Source of the DNA: a virus
Taxonomy: Duplodnaviria; Caudoviricetes
DNA length: 64,000 nt
Virus record (IMG/VR): IMGVR_UViG_2884152688_000003
Span: 32,001-96,000 of that record
Strand: one strand, 5' to 3'
Of the stretch, positions 29,743-40,723 are shown piece by piece. The first letter of the stretch is position 1, and each line of letters starts with the position of its first letter. The position numbers were made by a program, and so were the translations under genes. Below the pieces are notes generated by a model that ran no database searches, had not been told where the DNA came from, and worked only from the letters and a program-made list of their open reading frames with translations.

Positions 29743-30993
29743 ATGTATTTAACTGTAAAGCAACAAGTAAAACAATTATCTAAGGAAGACTATAAAAATA
29801 TAAGAGAACTATCTCATGTAGCTAAAAACTTAGCAAATGAAGCTATATATAATATTCGTCAGTATTATTTTCAAGAAGGAGAATATTTGAACTACGAAAA
29901 AAATTATGTATTACTAAAAGATAGTGAAAACTATAAAAAACTAAATTCTAATATGGCACAACAAATATTAAAAGAAGTAGATGGTTCTTTTAAGTCCTTT
30001 TTCAGTCTTATTAAATTAGCTAAGAAAGGAAAGTATTCATTTAGAAATATTAAATTGCCAAAATATCTTCCAAAAGATGGATTTACGACACTTATTATAG
30101 GATTTGTTAGATTAAAGGGAAATCTTTTAACTATACCATATTCTAATCAATTTAAAAAAGAACATTCAACTGTTACTATAAAAATCCCACAAATTCTTTT
30201 AGATAAAAAGATAAAGGAGATAAGAATTATACCTAAAGCTAAAGCTAGGTTCTTTGAGATTCAATATACTTATGAAGTTGAGAAAGAACAAAGAAATTTA
30301 GACAAAAACAAAGCACTAGCAATAGATTTAGGAATTAATAATTTAGCTACTTGTGTGGTATCAACAGGTGAATCCTTCATAGTTGATGGGAGAAGGTTAA
30401 AATCTATAAATCAAGGATATAATAAGCAAAATGCAATATTACAAAGCATTAAAGATAATCAAAAATATGGGAAAAGACCTACAAATAGACAATATAGAAT
30501 TGCTGAAAAAAGAAATAATAAAGTCAATGATTATATGTCTAAAACAGCAAGGATAATAATTAATTATTGCCTTAAAAATAATATTGGAAAAATAGTTTGT
30601 GGGTATAATGAAACATTTCAAAGAAACAGTAAACTTGGCAGAATAAACAATCAAAACTTTACAAATATACCATTTGGTAAACTAAGAGAAAAGTTGGAGT
30701 ATCTATGTGAATTATATGGTATAGAGTTTAAAAAACAAGAAGAAAGTTATACTTCTAAAGCAAGTTTCTTTGATAATGATGAAATCCCAACATATAACAA
30801 TGATAATCCAAAAGAATATGTATTCTCTGGCAAAAGAGTAAAAAGAGGATTGTATAAAACAAAAAAAGGATTAATCTTAAATGCAGATGTAAATGGAGCG
30901 TTAAACATATTAAAGAAAAGTAACGTTGTACCCTTAGAAGGGTTATACACTAGAGGCGAACTGGACACGCCAATACGTATCAAAGTAGTTTAA
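29743..30993 (+). CDS. tnpB: RNA-guided endonuclease TnpB, IS1341-like type without Cys zinc finger
   Basis: AIDLGINN, QEESYTSK and NADVNGA motifs. VCGYN replaces the usual IEDL. Confidence 0.92.
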   Translation: MYLTVKQQVKQLSKEDYKNIRELSHVAKNLANEAIYNIRQYYFQEGEYLNYEKNYVLLKDSENYKKLNSNMAQQILKEVDGSFKSFFSLIKLAKKGKYSFRNIKLPKYLPKDGFTTLIIGFVRLKGNLLTIPYSNQFKKEHSTVTIKIPQILLDKKIKEIRIIPKAKARFFEIQYTYEVEKEQRNLDKNKALAIDLGINNLATCVVSTGESFIVDGRRLKSINQGYNKQNAILQSIKDNQKYGKRPTNRQYRIAEKRNNKVNDYMSKTARIIINYCLKNNIGKIVCGYNETFQRNSKLGRINNQNFTNIPFGKLREKLEYLCELYGIEFKKQEESYTSKASFFDNDEIPTYNNDNPKEYVFSGKRVKRGLYKTKKGLILNADVNGALNILKKSNVVPLEGLYTRGELDTPIRIKVV

Positions 30994-31064
30994 GCTATGG
31001 AGAACGTAAATAGGTTTAATTAATAAACCTTAGAACCCTGTGATTTTAATCATAGGAGGTTCAG

Positions 31065-34000
31065 GGTGGGTTAGATGCTCTTAATGCTTTTGCTGGAGGT
31101 TTAGATAAATTAGTAGGTTTTGCAGAAAAATATAATCTTCAACTACCTGTTATGGCATCAGGGCTAGGGATGTTAAAAAGTTCATTTAATGGGTTTAAGA
31201 CACCTATAAAAACGTGGGAAGAATTACTTGGGAACGATACTCCTAAGAAACATTCTAAAGCTACAAACAAACCGAAAATAACAGCAGATTCTTTCTCTAA
31301 ACCTAGAGATATAAAAGAACAAACAAATGCAGTAAATACATTGACTAAAGCTAATGATAAAAATACTCAATCTATAAGATCTAATGTCAAGGCAAGTGAA
31401 AGAACACCAGAACAAGCAAAAGCTGTTAGAAAAGAATTAGCATCTCAATTTAAGACTGTTGATTCATTAGGTAAAGCAAAAGAGAAAGATTTAGATATAA
31501 CTAAAAAAGGGATTTCAGCTAATATTAAGGCAGCCGAAAGTGCTAAACAACACAGAAAAGGGATATCTGGACAAGTCCAAGAACTTAAGTCTTTAAATAA
31601 AGTTAGTTCACAATCGTCCAAAATAGGTATAGGAGATAAAATCAGTGGAGTAACAAAAGGAATAGGTGGGGTAGCTAAAAATCTATTATCTGGTGTTGGA
31701 GGAATGTTAGCAACAGGTGCTTTATATGGTGGAGCTACTTTAGCTATATCTAAAGGATTAGAATATGGGTATAAAGGATACCAAAAGTTAACTAATGGTG
31801 TGAACATGTCTAGGCAAGCCCACATAGATAGAAGAAATGCCTTAGTAGGTGAGAACAAAGCTATTTCTTCAAATATAAACTTTTTACAAAACAATAAAAA
31901 AGAATATGATTCTTTAAGAAATAAACAAAAGCAGTTATCAAACACGCCATATGAGAATATGTCAGAATCGCAAAAGGCTGATATGGACAAATTAAAGGCA
32001 TATAATGAAAAAATTGCCGATATGTTCCCTAATATGGTTAAAGGTTATGATAAAGATGGAAACCCAATTGTGTCCATGAGTGCTAACGCAGATGGTCTGA
32101 TTAAAAGACTAAAAGTGGCACAAGAGTCAAAAGAAAGATTAATAAAACAAGAAAATCAAAGCATAGCAGACAAGAACTTAACTGAAATGACTAGGGGCGA
32201 GTCTATAGGTGATAGCATAATCGGTCGCATAAACAATAAAAACAAAAGCGTTTCAGATTATTACAAAAATCTAGCAAAACAAAGCATGAAAGATTATGCT
32301 TTTACAGATATGTCTAAGTTTTTACCAAAAAACAAAACACACAGCGATGCTTTGTTAGGTGATGATTCTTGGAAAAAAAGACAGGCAAAATGGAAAGAGG
32401 GCTACAATAGTTACAAAAAAGAAGTAGACAAAACCTATGGGGAACTAGCTAATGACATAGCTAAATATGACAAAGCTAACGCCCATAATGCATCAGTAGG
32501 GCAACAAAGCTTACTCGATTCTGGGAGATTTAAAAACTTAAAAAATTCTGCAAAAGAAGCAATCTCCGAAATGGGCTCTATGCTTACATGGGGTAAAATA
32601 AGCACGACAGATGGTGTAAGCTTTTTAAATAAATTAGGAGAAAATGCCGACCCGTCAAAAATACAAAATTGGACAAAACAATTAAATAAATTAAACGAAG
32701 CGTATAAGATGGATAAAGATAGGCAAACTTATCAGGCTGGCATAAAGAGCTTGGCTGATGAAATGGCTAAATCTACAAACGGAAGAGCAAAAGACTATAT
32801 CAAAATGCTTGAAGATGTTGATAGGGGATACGCTAATTTAGAAGAAAAAAGAACCGCAGATTATATGAAGAAGAAAGGTACTAAGTTTAGTGACTTAATG
32901 GAAGGTGGATCTAAAGGATCTTATGCTGACAAAGTTCAACAAGAAATAAGGGACATAATGTCAGCTGAACAACTTCTTATGAATGCAAGAACAACCGCCC
33001 AAAAGAAAAATGCTTTAAGTGAAATTGCTTCATATGATGGTTTAGGTTCTGGCGTTCAAAATTGGGCAAAAGCACTAAGTAATCAAAATGGTATTTCAGA
33101 TGCTAGTATGTCCGCTTTCTCTAAGGTGCTAGGAGCGATAGAGAATTATGACCCTAAAAATAAAAATGCCGCAAAAGACCTAAGTAATATAAAGAAAGCA
33201 CTTAATACTGGTGATATAAAAAATGGAATGAGTATCGCTGACGTACTCTCTCTCACTAAGGACGAATTAGAAGCGATAAGGAATATTGACCCTAATGGAA
33301 ATGCCGGTAATATATTTGAAAAAATGTTAACGGGTGGAGAACAGCTTAAAAATAGCTTGAAAAATGTTCAAGATTTTTATTCTAAAGGTGATAATAAGAT
33401 TGAACTAGAGGCTGAGGTTGCATTAAAGATAGCGGATGCTAACTTAAATACAAAGGAACTTGAAGGTCTAGAAAAAGCTGTCCAAAAAATAGAAGATAGT
33501 AAAAAGAATATGTTTCGAGGTGAAGGAGCAAAATATTTTTCAGGAACAAATGGGGATGTGAATAAGGCATATGAGAATATGTCTAAGACTGATGAGGGTG
33601 TTAAGTTTGCTATCCGCTCTGGTGCAAGTGAAGAAGTTAATAAGTATCGTGAGGGGGTTTCACGTTTAAGCGATAGCTATAACCAACTTAATAGTGAAAT
33701 GAAAAAAAGCATAGATTCTTTAAGTGGAAAGGAATTTAGTTCATATTTAGATACTTTTTCTAAACTTGACGATAAAATGAAATCGTTTGTAAAGAATAAT
33801 AATATAGTTTCAGAAAGTGGTATCAAGGCTGCAAGTGGTCTTTATGATATTGGTAAAAGTACCGGTCTTTCAGATATTCAATCTGAAACAATGGTAAAAG
33901 TAGTGATAAGTACAGTGGGGGAAGAAGGGGCGTCTAGAGTTAAATCATATTTAGACAGTTTGCCAGCTGAAAAAAGAGTAAATGTAACAGCACAGCTAAG

Positions 34001-37000
34001 TGGTGAAAATGGTGAAGGATTCGCACAAGGGTATGACGCTTTAATGCAACATTTCAATGGTGACACTAAACTTGTCCAAAAAGTAGCTTTTGAATTAGAA
34101 AATCAAGGACAAGGGGATCTTATTTCACAACTGAGACCGGACAATTTAAAGGAAACTTTAAAGGTAAAAGCTGAGATAGATATAGATAATATGGATGGTT
34201 TTTCGGGAAAAGAACTTCCTCCAAAAAAACAAAGAGTAGAGATTGAAGAAAGCGAAACAAGTGGTTCAAAAGAATTACCACCAAAGAAACAGAAGGTTAC
34301 ACCCGAAATTGCAACAGACGCTTTAAATGGTGGATTTGCAGGACTAAACGCTCACTTGCCACCTATTAAACAAAAGGTAGAAATTGAACAACCAGCACCA
34401 CCAGCTCCAATTGAGGCTGCACCATACATATTCCAAAAACCAGTAATTCCTCAACCAGACCCACCTCAAGTCGGGCCTATAGCGGCACCACAAGTTGAAA
34501 CGCCAGTTACACCTGAACCAACTCTGCCGGCAATGCCAGCTTTACCGGCGCCACAAATGCAGGCACCTACAATGCCAGTACCAATTATGCCAGTCTTACC
34601 TGTGTTCCCCGCTCCGATAGTAGGAACACCAATCATTCCAAAACCTACATTACCTAGTATGGGGACAATACCTGCACCAAAAATAGGTATGCCAACTGTG
34701 CCTAAACCATCTTTACCAAAGATGGATACTATAGCTGCACCAAAGGTTAATACACCTAAGGTTCCAGCACCAACAATGCCTAAAGTCGAACCAATAAAAA
34801 TAAGTATTCCTTCGGTAAAAGTCCCAGATGTAAAAGGGCAATTAGCTAAGATACCTAAAAGCACAACGGCTACAGTTAGGGTAATAGACAATGCATCGGG
34901 GCCGGCAAGAGCAGCTGCGGGTGCTGTTAGATCATTCCCTACTGGAACAAGAGTAGCGACATTAATTACAAAATATGTAACTCAAGGTTCACCAGGTGGT
35001 GGTGGAGGGAAAGGTGGAGGAAAGTCTCTTGATATTAAAAGAGATGAAATAGACTCTAAATTAGAAAAACTTAAAAAGTTAAAGAACTCTAATTATTTCA
35101 ATCTTAAAGATCTTTCCATCTTTAGAAAAAAGAATACTCAACTTAATCCTCTAGCAACAGCACCAGTAATGGGAGCAGTAGCAACAAGTGATGGTTCTAT
35201 GTCTACACCAATTGGTGGTTATATAGGTGGAACAGCTTCACCTATGGATGAAGACATCGTGTCTTTAGTTAATGAATTCAAGAATAGAACTCTCAAAGGA
35301 TTTGACTATAAAGGAATTACAGCTTTAGATAGACTGAGTTATTCCTTAAAGGAAATACAATTTGGATTAAAAGAAGATATTAATCTTCTTCATGAAATGG
35401 AAAGAGCAGTTAATAGAGTAAATAATTCTATTAAAAGAATAGACTTAAATATGCAAAGAGCTCGTGGCTCTGAAAAAGTGTCTATGCTTTTCCTTCAGAA
35501 CGACCAAATAAGAGAATCAATAAGACGTTCTCAAGCACATCGAGCGGCATTAGTAGTAGAAAGAGATGCATATAGAAATATGTTGAGGACTGAAGGGTTC
35601 AAATTTACACCAGACGGAACTCTGACAGCAAACTATTACGCTCAAATGGCTAAATATAAAGAGCGTGATTTAGCTATCGAAAAAGAATTAGAGAAGTTAA
35701 AAGATGGCAAAGGCGCTGATAGCAAGAGAAAGAAACTTGAAGAAGAAAAGAAAGAAATTGAAAGAAAAAGAAAAACACTTGATGAATACGAGAAAACAGT
35801 AGATAAAATTGTTGATGTGGATTATGGAATTAAAGAACATGAAGTGAAGATAGATAATAATGTTGATGAGGTTGAAAAATTAAGGATTTCTGCATGGAAA
35901 GAAAATTATGAGGCCGCAACAAAAATTATGGATTCTGCTATAAAAGCAATAAATAATTCACTAGATATATATTCTATTAAGTTTAAATATGCTTTTGGTA
36001 TGGATAGATTAAATATCTTAGACGCACAAACATCCAAATATAGAGAGATGAATACAGTTATCGAAAGTAATATTAATACCTTAAATAACTTAAAATCAAA
36101 TCTACAAGGACGTTTAGAAAAACATGGGTTTACTTTTAATGGAGATAACATCTCAAATTATCAGACACACATGGCACAGCTTAAAGATACTTCCACTCTA
36201 TATGAAGATATTAAAAGTTTAGCATCTCAATATTTCGACATTGTTGAAAGCAAAATTCCAGATTATAATAAGAAAATGGAAGAAATGAACCAAAAGGTTA
36301 AAGACAATGCGAAACAAAAGCTTGAAGACACTAAAACGATAGAAGATAAAATTACTAGCATGTTAAAGAAACAGGCTGATGAAAGAATAAAAGCTATCGA
36401 GAAGGAAAGTAAAGCTAGAGAAGATGCTATAAAGAAAAAGAAAGATGAATATAATGAGGCTAGAAAAGAAGCTGATTATCAAGATGATTACCAAAAGAAA
36501 TTAAAGGAAATTGAAAAACTTGAGAAAAAGCGTGATATATATACAAAAGATACTAGCCAAAAAGGGCAAAAAGAACTTCAAAAAATAAATGAAGAACTAG
36601 AAAAGAAAGTAGAAGAACTTCAGAAAAGCGTTGAAAAACACGTGGATGATAAAGTAAATAAGATATATGATGATGAGTCTAAAAGATTAGCTGATGAATT
36701 GAAAGAACTTAAAGAAAAAAGAGATGAGGAATATACTGACGCTGAATTATTGAAAAAAGCTCAAGAGGCTATACAATCGGGGCAATTTACTGATTGGGAT
36801 GGTAATGTGAAAGATCTTCAAACAGCGTTGATAGATTATATGAATGAGTTTGAAGGCGGATTATCAGCAACAGGAGCTTTAATTCAAGCAGAACTAATCG
36901 CCAAATTAAAGGTGGCTAATGATACAATAGCAAGTTTTAAGGAAAATCTCGACATACTTGGAGTAGGTGATTATAATTTAGGTGGTTACATACAGCATTC

Positions 37001-37175
37001 TAAATATAATGAGTTAGAAGATAGAAGAAAAGAATCTACCAACAACATTACCTATAACAAGTCTTTAGTAGAAATCCAAGGCAATGTAGATACTGGAACA
37101 TATGAGAAGATACTTGCTGAAGTTCAAAAATATATAAAACAGCACGAAAGAGATTTAAGAAGCAATATAAGATAA
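31065..37175 (+). CDS. Tape measure protein, exon 2
   Basis: GGT GGG TTA GAT... is open and in frame with ATG 31152. The spliced product is 720+29+2007 = 2756 aa. Confidence 0.9.
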   Translation, partial: GGLDALNAFAGGLDKLVGFAEKYNLQLPVMASGLGMLKSSFNGFKTPIKTWEELLGNDTPKKHSKATNKPKITADSFSKPRDIKEQTNAVNTLTKANDKNTQSIRSNVKASERTPEQAKAVRKELASQFKTVDSLGKAKEKDLDITKKGISANIKAAESAKQHRKGISGQVQELKSLNKVSSQSSKIGIGDKISGVTKGIGGVAKNLLSGVGGMLATGALYGGATLAISKGLEYGYKGYQKLTNGVNMSRQAHIDRRNALVGENKAISSNINFLQNNKKEYDSLRNKQKQLSNTPYENMSESQKADMDKLKAYNEKIADMFPNMVKGYDKDGNPIVSMSANADGLIKRLKVAQESKERLIKQENQSIADKNLTEMTRGESIGDSIIGRINNKNKSVSDYYKNLAKQSMKDYAFTDMSKFLPKNKTHSDALLGDDSWKKRQAKWKEGYNSYKKEVDKTYGELANDIAKYDKANAHNASVGQQSLLDSGRFKNLKNSAKEAISEMGSMLTWGKISTTDGVSFLNKLGENADPSKIQNWTKQLNKLNEAYKMDKDRQTYQAGIKSLADEMAKSTNGRAKDYIKMLEDVDRGYANLEEKRTADYMKKKGTKFSDLMEGGSKGSYADKVQQEIRDIMSAEQLLMNARTTAQKKNALSEIASYDGLGSGVQNWAKALSNQNGISDASMSAFSKVLGAIENYDPKNKNAAKDLSNIKKALNTGDIKNGMSIADVLSLTKDELEAIRNIDPNGNAGNIFEKMLTGGEQLKNSLKNVQDFYSKGDNKIELEAEVALKIADANLNTKELEGLEKAVQKIEDSKKNMFRGEGAKYFSGTNGDVNKAYENMSKTDEGVKFAIRSGASEEVNKYREGVSRLSDSYNQLNSEMKKSIDSLSGKEFSSYLDTFSKLDDKMKSFVKNNNIVSESGIKAASGLYDIGKSTGLSDIQSETMVKVVISTVGEEGASRVKSYLDSLPAEKRVNVTAQLSGENGEGFAQGYDALMQHFNGDTKLVQKVAFELENQGQGDLISQLRPDNLKETLKVKAEIDIDNMDGFSGKELPPKKQRVEIEESETSGSKELPPKKQKVTPEIATDALNGGFAGLNAHLPPIKQKVEIEQPAPPAPIEAAPYIFQKPVIPQPDPPQVGPIAAPQVETPVTPEPTLPAMPALPAPQMQAPTMPVPIMPVLPVFPAPIVGTPIIPKPTLPSMGTIPAPKIGMPTVPKPSLPKMDTIAAPKVNTPKVPAPTMPKVEPIKISIPSVKVPDVKGQLAKIPKSTTATVRVIDNASGPARAAAGAVRSFPTGTRVATLITKYVTQGSPGGGGGKGGGKSLDIKRDEIDSKLEKLKKLKNSNYFNLKDLSIFRKKNTQLNPLATAPVMGAVATSDGSMSTPIGGYIGGTASPMDEDIVSLVNEFKNRTLKGFDYKGITALDRLSYSLKEIQFGLKEDINLLHEMERAVNRVNNSIKRIDLNMQRARGSEKVSMLFLQNDQIRESIRRSQAHRAALVVERDAYRNMLRTEGFKFTPDGTLTANYYAQMAKYKERDLAIEKELEKLKDGKGADSKRKKLEEEKKEIERKRKTLDEYEKTVDKIVDVDYGIKEHEVKIDNNVDEVEKLRISAWKENYEAATKIMDSAIKAINNSLDIYSIKFKYAFGMDRLNILDAQTSKYREMNTVIESNINTLNNLKSNLQGRLEKHGFTFNGDNISNYQTHMAQLKDTSTLYEDIKSLASQYFDIVESKIPDYNKKMEEMNQKVKDNAKQKLEDTKTIEDKITSMLKKQADERIKAIEKESKAREDAIKKKKDEYNEARKEADYQDDYQKKLKEIEKLEKKRDIYTKDTSQKGQKELQKINEELEKKVEELQKSVEKHVDDKVNKIYDDESKRLADELKELKEKRDEEYTDAELLKKAQEAIQSGQFTDWDGNVKDLQTALIDYMNEFEGGLSATGALIQAELIAKLKVANDTIASFKENLDILGVGDYNLGGYIQHSKYNELEDRRKESTNNITYNKSLVEIQGNVDTGTYEKILAEVQKYIKQHERDLRSNIR

Positions 37176-37241
37176 CTCAATAGTAAAAAATAGAGCGAGG
37201 GTTAATGCCTTCGCTTTTTCTATTGGAAAGGAGGAACGATT

Positions 37242-38963
37242 ATAAAAAGAAATATCTACCTAGACTCAGCAAAAAATAAATATACCGTTCATTTATCAAC
37301 CATAAGCGGAAGATATTTAGGGCAAATTCCTTCAAATGCAATTACTGAGATATCTAGAAATGTGGGTGAACATTCTGTAATACAATTAAAGATACCTAAG
37401 TATTATTTAGATATTTTTAGTCAAACAGAGAAAATATATCCTCTTTTTAAAGAAATAAAAAATGAAAGAAGAATAATCTTGAATGAAAATGAAGTCTTTC
37501 TGATAAAATCGATTGAGACGCAAAATGAACAAGTCTTAGAATTAGAAGCAAAAACAAGTGAAATAAGACTTGCTGAAATAGATGTAGAATTAGAAGATTG
37601 TGGGCTATCTTTTTTTCAAGAAGATGAAGAAAGTGAAATATTAAGTTTAGATAAATACCTATATCAAGAATCTGGTTGGAAATTAGGCGAAGTCACAGAC
37701 TTGGTTAAATATGAACCAGGCACCGAAACCGAAAGAGTTAGATGGATAGAGAATGTAGAAAAGAAATGGTATGACTTTATCACAAAAGACTTATGTGAAA
37801 GTTTCGATTGCATGGTTTCTTTTGATTCGTGGAACAAGACAATTGACTTTTTTAAGGAAGAAGAATTGGTAGATGAAATAGGTTTATATCTTTCAAAAGA
37901 CAATTACATAAAATCATTGGAAAGAGAATATGATTCAGACAAAATTGTTACACGTTTAAAAGTTGTAGGAAATGATGAAATGGATATAATAGGTTCTGTT
38001 TGTACAGGTGAACCATACATAGAAGATTATACATATTTCCTTGAAAATGATGAGATGACGGAAGAATTAATAGAAGCTTTAAAAAAATACTATGAGATTG
38101 TAATTGAAAGAGAAAAGATATGGAAAAGATATGTTGATGAAAGAGTGAAAAAACTTGAAGAAAAAAGAATACTTGGTTCAGAACATATTGATCTAGAGGC
38201 TCAAATCACAGCATTAGAAGATATATTAGAAGAGTATGAAAGACCACCTGGTGAAGATAAAGTAAGGGCGGCTGAAATAATATCTAAGATAACAAAACTT
38301 AGAGATAGAAAATCTCTTGTAATAAGTTCCATAGAGTTCTTAGAGGAAGAACTAAAAGCTCTAGAAGGGTCTATAAATAATATAATAACTCTCTGCAAGA
38401 AACCAACAGCGACTGACAATGAAGGAAACCTTATTTTTACAAAAGAACTTTTAGAAGAATTAATGAACTATAACTACACAGAAATCTATAAAAATGATTC
38501 CTTTTTAACTGAAAATGTAGGTGAATTAATTGAATTAGCAAAGCGTAAGTTGAGAGAAAAAAGCTATCCAACGAGAAAGTGGGATATAGATGTTGTTAAT
38601 TTTTTAGAAAGATTGAATCCTTTAAATAGATTAAATTGGAATGGACAGATGTCTTTAGGTGATTTAGTCATTCTGTATGATAGGGAAAATGATACTGAAG
38701 AGTTTATATATTTTACTGGATATTCTCATAAAGTTAGGTCAAACGAGTTATCTATAAAATTATCTAATAAAAAAACAGTAAAAGAAGATGGTATAACTAT
38801 AGCTGATTACTTAACTCAGGCTAAAAACGCAATGAGGGCAATAGATGCTAAAAAATATTTATTTATTCAACAAAAATATAATAGGTTAAATCTTCCAAAG
38901 GAATATATACCTAAGTATAAAGAAAAAGAAAGAGATAGACCAGAGGGAATAATAATTGACTAA
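37242..38963 (+). CDS. Tail spike / Tal-like (prophage endopeptidase tail family) protein
   Basis: IVTRLKVVG...YIEDYTYF motif, follows the tape measure gene. Frame open from ATT/ATA 37239-37244 behind AAGGAGG. Confidence 0.75.
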   Translation: MKRNIYLDSAKNKYTVHLSTISGRYLGQIPSNAITEISRNVGEHSVIQLKIPKYYLDIFSQTEKIYPLFKEIKNERRIILNENEVFLIKSIETQNEQVLELEAKTSEIRLAEIDVELEDCGLSFFQEDEESEILSLDKYLYQESGWKLGEVTDLVKYEPGTETERVRWIENVEKKWYDFITKDLCESFDCMVSFDSWNKTIDFFKEEELVDEIGLYLSKDNYIKSLEREYDSDKIVTRLKVVGNDEMDIIGSVCTGEPYIEDYTYFLENDEMTEELIEALKKYYEIVIEREKIWKRYVDERVKKLEEKRILGSEHIDLEAQITALEDILEEYERPPGEDKVRAAEIISKITKLRDRKSLVISSIEFLEEELKALEGSINNIITLCKKPTATDNEGNLIFTKELLEELMNYNYTEIYKNDSFLTENVGELIELAKRKLREKSYPTRKWDIDVVNFLERLNPLNRLNWNGQMSLGDLVILYDRENDTEEFIYFTGYSHKVRSNELSIKLSNKKTVKEDGITIADYLTQAKNAMRAIDAKKYLFIQQKYNRLNLPKEYIPKYKEKERDRPEGIIID

Positions 38964-38977
38964 AGGAGGTGTTTTGA

Positions 38978-40723
38978 ATGATATCAGATAACTCACCTTC
39001 CTTAGGTTGGATAAGAGTTACAGGAACAGTTGTTACTTATAGAAACAAAATTTATTACGTTCCAGATGATTTTACTGAAAAAAAGTATATTTACTGGGAT
39101 GCTGAACAACCGGGAAGATTTATTTTTTCAAATACGATTTTGAATGAAAGCACAACTAGATTCCTTGTTTTAATTAACAAAGATGGACAACACACGATTA
39201 CACATTCAAAGAATGAGTATTTTAATATATCTTTTGGCGCTAGCAAATTAGCTACAGTGGAAAAGAAAATTTATGGAATGTATGAAGAATTTCAAGAAGA
39301 GAATGGAAAAAATACAACAAAATTTTCAAACATAACCCAAACGTTAGATAAAATCAATCAAACTGTTGGGTCTATAACTACACAAACTACTAGTATAGAA
39401 GAAAGCATTTCACAAATTAATCAGACAGCGAATGATATTATTTTAGAAGTTAAAAATACAAAGAAAACTTTTTCTAATAACATATTAAAGGATAACATTA
39501 ATCAAGGTTTTATGGATCTTATGTCTGGAATAGGTGTTTTCCAAATGGCAATGGAAAGAATTATGGCTGATGAGAAGAAAGATTTTGGTGGAGGGACTGA
39601 AGAACAAGATGAAATAGATGCCCATATATCGAAATTGACAGAATTAAAAGAAGAACTTTTTACATTTCTTAGGGAAGTCGCAAAAAGTGAGGACTTGTCT
39701 GATGATATATTAAAAAAATTAGAGAAAATAGAAAATCCAATTATACCAGAAATCAATATAGCAGAAAAAAATCTAAAAGATATTATAGAAGGTGCTGGGC
39801 AAGATAGAAACTATAGTCCTTCAGATAGAAAAAGTATATATGAATTTTTCGCAAAATATATCTCTGTTTTAAATCAACATAAGAATTATTTAGATGAAGT
39901 TTTAATCCTTGGAACTGGTGGAAAGATATCAGAAATTATAGGAAAAATGTTTTTAGACAGTTCTAAAGGTGGTTTTAGTTTTTCCGAAAAAATTAATGGT
40001 ATAGTAGATAAACAATCTGAATTCAAGGTTTCGTTAGATGGGATAGAGACAAAGCTAAGCGATAAGGTTAGTAGTACTGAAATTTCTATATTAAGAGGTG
40101 AAATAAGATCTAAAGTAAGTGACTCAGATTTTCAGACTGAAATAAAACAGCTAGGGGATAAAATCACTTCAAAAGTAAGTTCTAGTGAAGTCACGTCTAT
40201 AATTGAACAAAACCCAAAATCTATAAAGTTAGCATTTAACAAAATTGATTCAGCGTCTGCTGTATTTGATGATAAAGGTTTAACTATTAATAAGGGATTT
40301 GTAGCTGTAGACTGTTTAACCGTTCCAAATAATCATGAACCTATTATAAATCTGTTTACGGATCAATATGCTGGAGATGGTTTTGATCCAAAAATAGATG
40401 CTAGAAAAACTGGAAATGGGAAAGCGATAAGACTTCAATATTCATCTTATCATTATATATACGTAGGTAATAATACTTTTGATGTTTATTTAAATGGTGG
40501 TGATAGAGGTAAGTTTAGTGTTAAAGAACTATCCACTCAAGACAGTTGGGACGGAACTACTTATGCAGCAAGAGTTAATAATGAACATTTAGCTACAAGA
40601 AAGTATGTAAATAATTACATTGGTGGAACGCTTAGGCGAAATAGTGATTGTATTTATATAGAAGTTGATGGAAAAAGGGTTCGATTTTACCCAAACAAGA
40701 CATGGGATATAGATGGGTTTTAA
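38978..40723 (+). CDS. Minor tail / tail tip protein
   Basis: Coiled-coil SKVS repeats and a beta-rich C-terminus, in the tail module. Confidence 0.65.
   Translation: MISDNSPSLGWIRVTGTVVTYRNKIYYVPDDFTEKKYIYWDAEQPGRFIFSNTILNESTTRFLVLINKDGQHTITHSKNEYFNISFGASKLATVEKKIYGMYEEFQEENGKNTTKFSNITQTLDKINQTVGSITTQTTSIEESISQINQTANDIILEVKNTKKTFSNNILKDNINQGFMDLMSGIGVFQMAMERIMADEKKDFGGGTEEQDEIDAHISKLTELKEELFTFLREVAKSEDLSDDILKKLEKIENPIIPEINIAEKNLKDIIEGAGQDRNYSPSDRKSIYEFFAKYISVLNQHKNYLDEVLILGTGGKISEIIGKMFLDSSKGGFSFSEKINGIVDKQSEFKVSLDGIETKLSDKVSSTEISILRGEIRSKVSDSDFQTEIKQLGDKITSKVSSSEVTSIIEQNPKSIKLAFNKIDSASAVFDDKGLTINKGFVAVDCLTVPNNHEPIINLFTDQYAGDGFDPKIDARKTGNGKAIRLQYSSYHYIYVGNNTFDVYLNGGDRGKFSVKELSTQDSWDGTTYAARVNNEHLATRKYVNNYIGGTLRRNSDCIYIEVDGKRVRFYPNKTWDIDGF

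Larger units (their letters stand above)
29170..31064 (+). mobile_element. IStron 2: group I intron + tnpB only (non-autonomous)
   Basis: Inserted after TTAT and ends in TCAG. Subterminal GTGATTTTAATCAT hairpins at both ends. Group I core, no tnpA. Confidence 0.93.

Noticed and set aside
34466-34891. Gly-rich 141-aa minus-strand ORF
   Set aside because: It is the antisense shadow of the Pro-rich tape measure segment (CCN read as NGG/GGN). Other short antisense ORFs in the track were dismissed for similar reasons.
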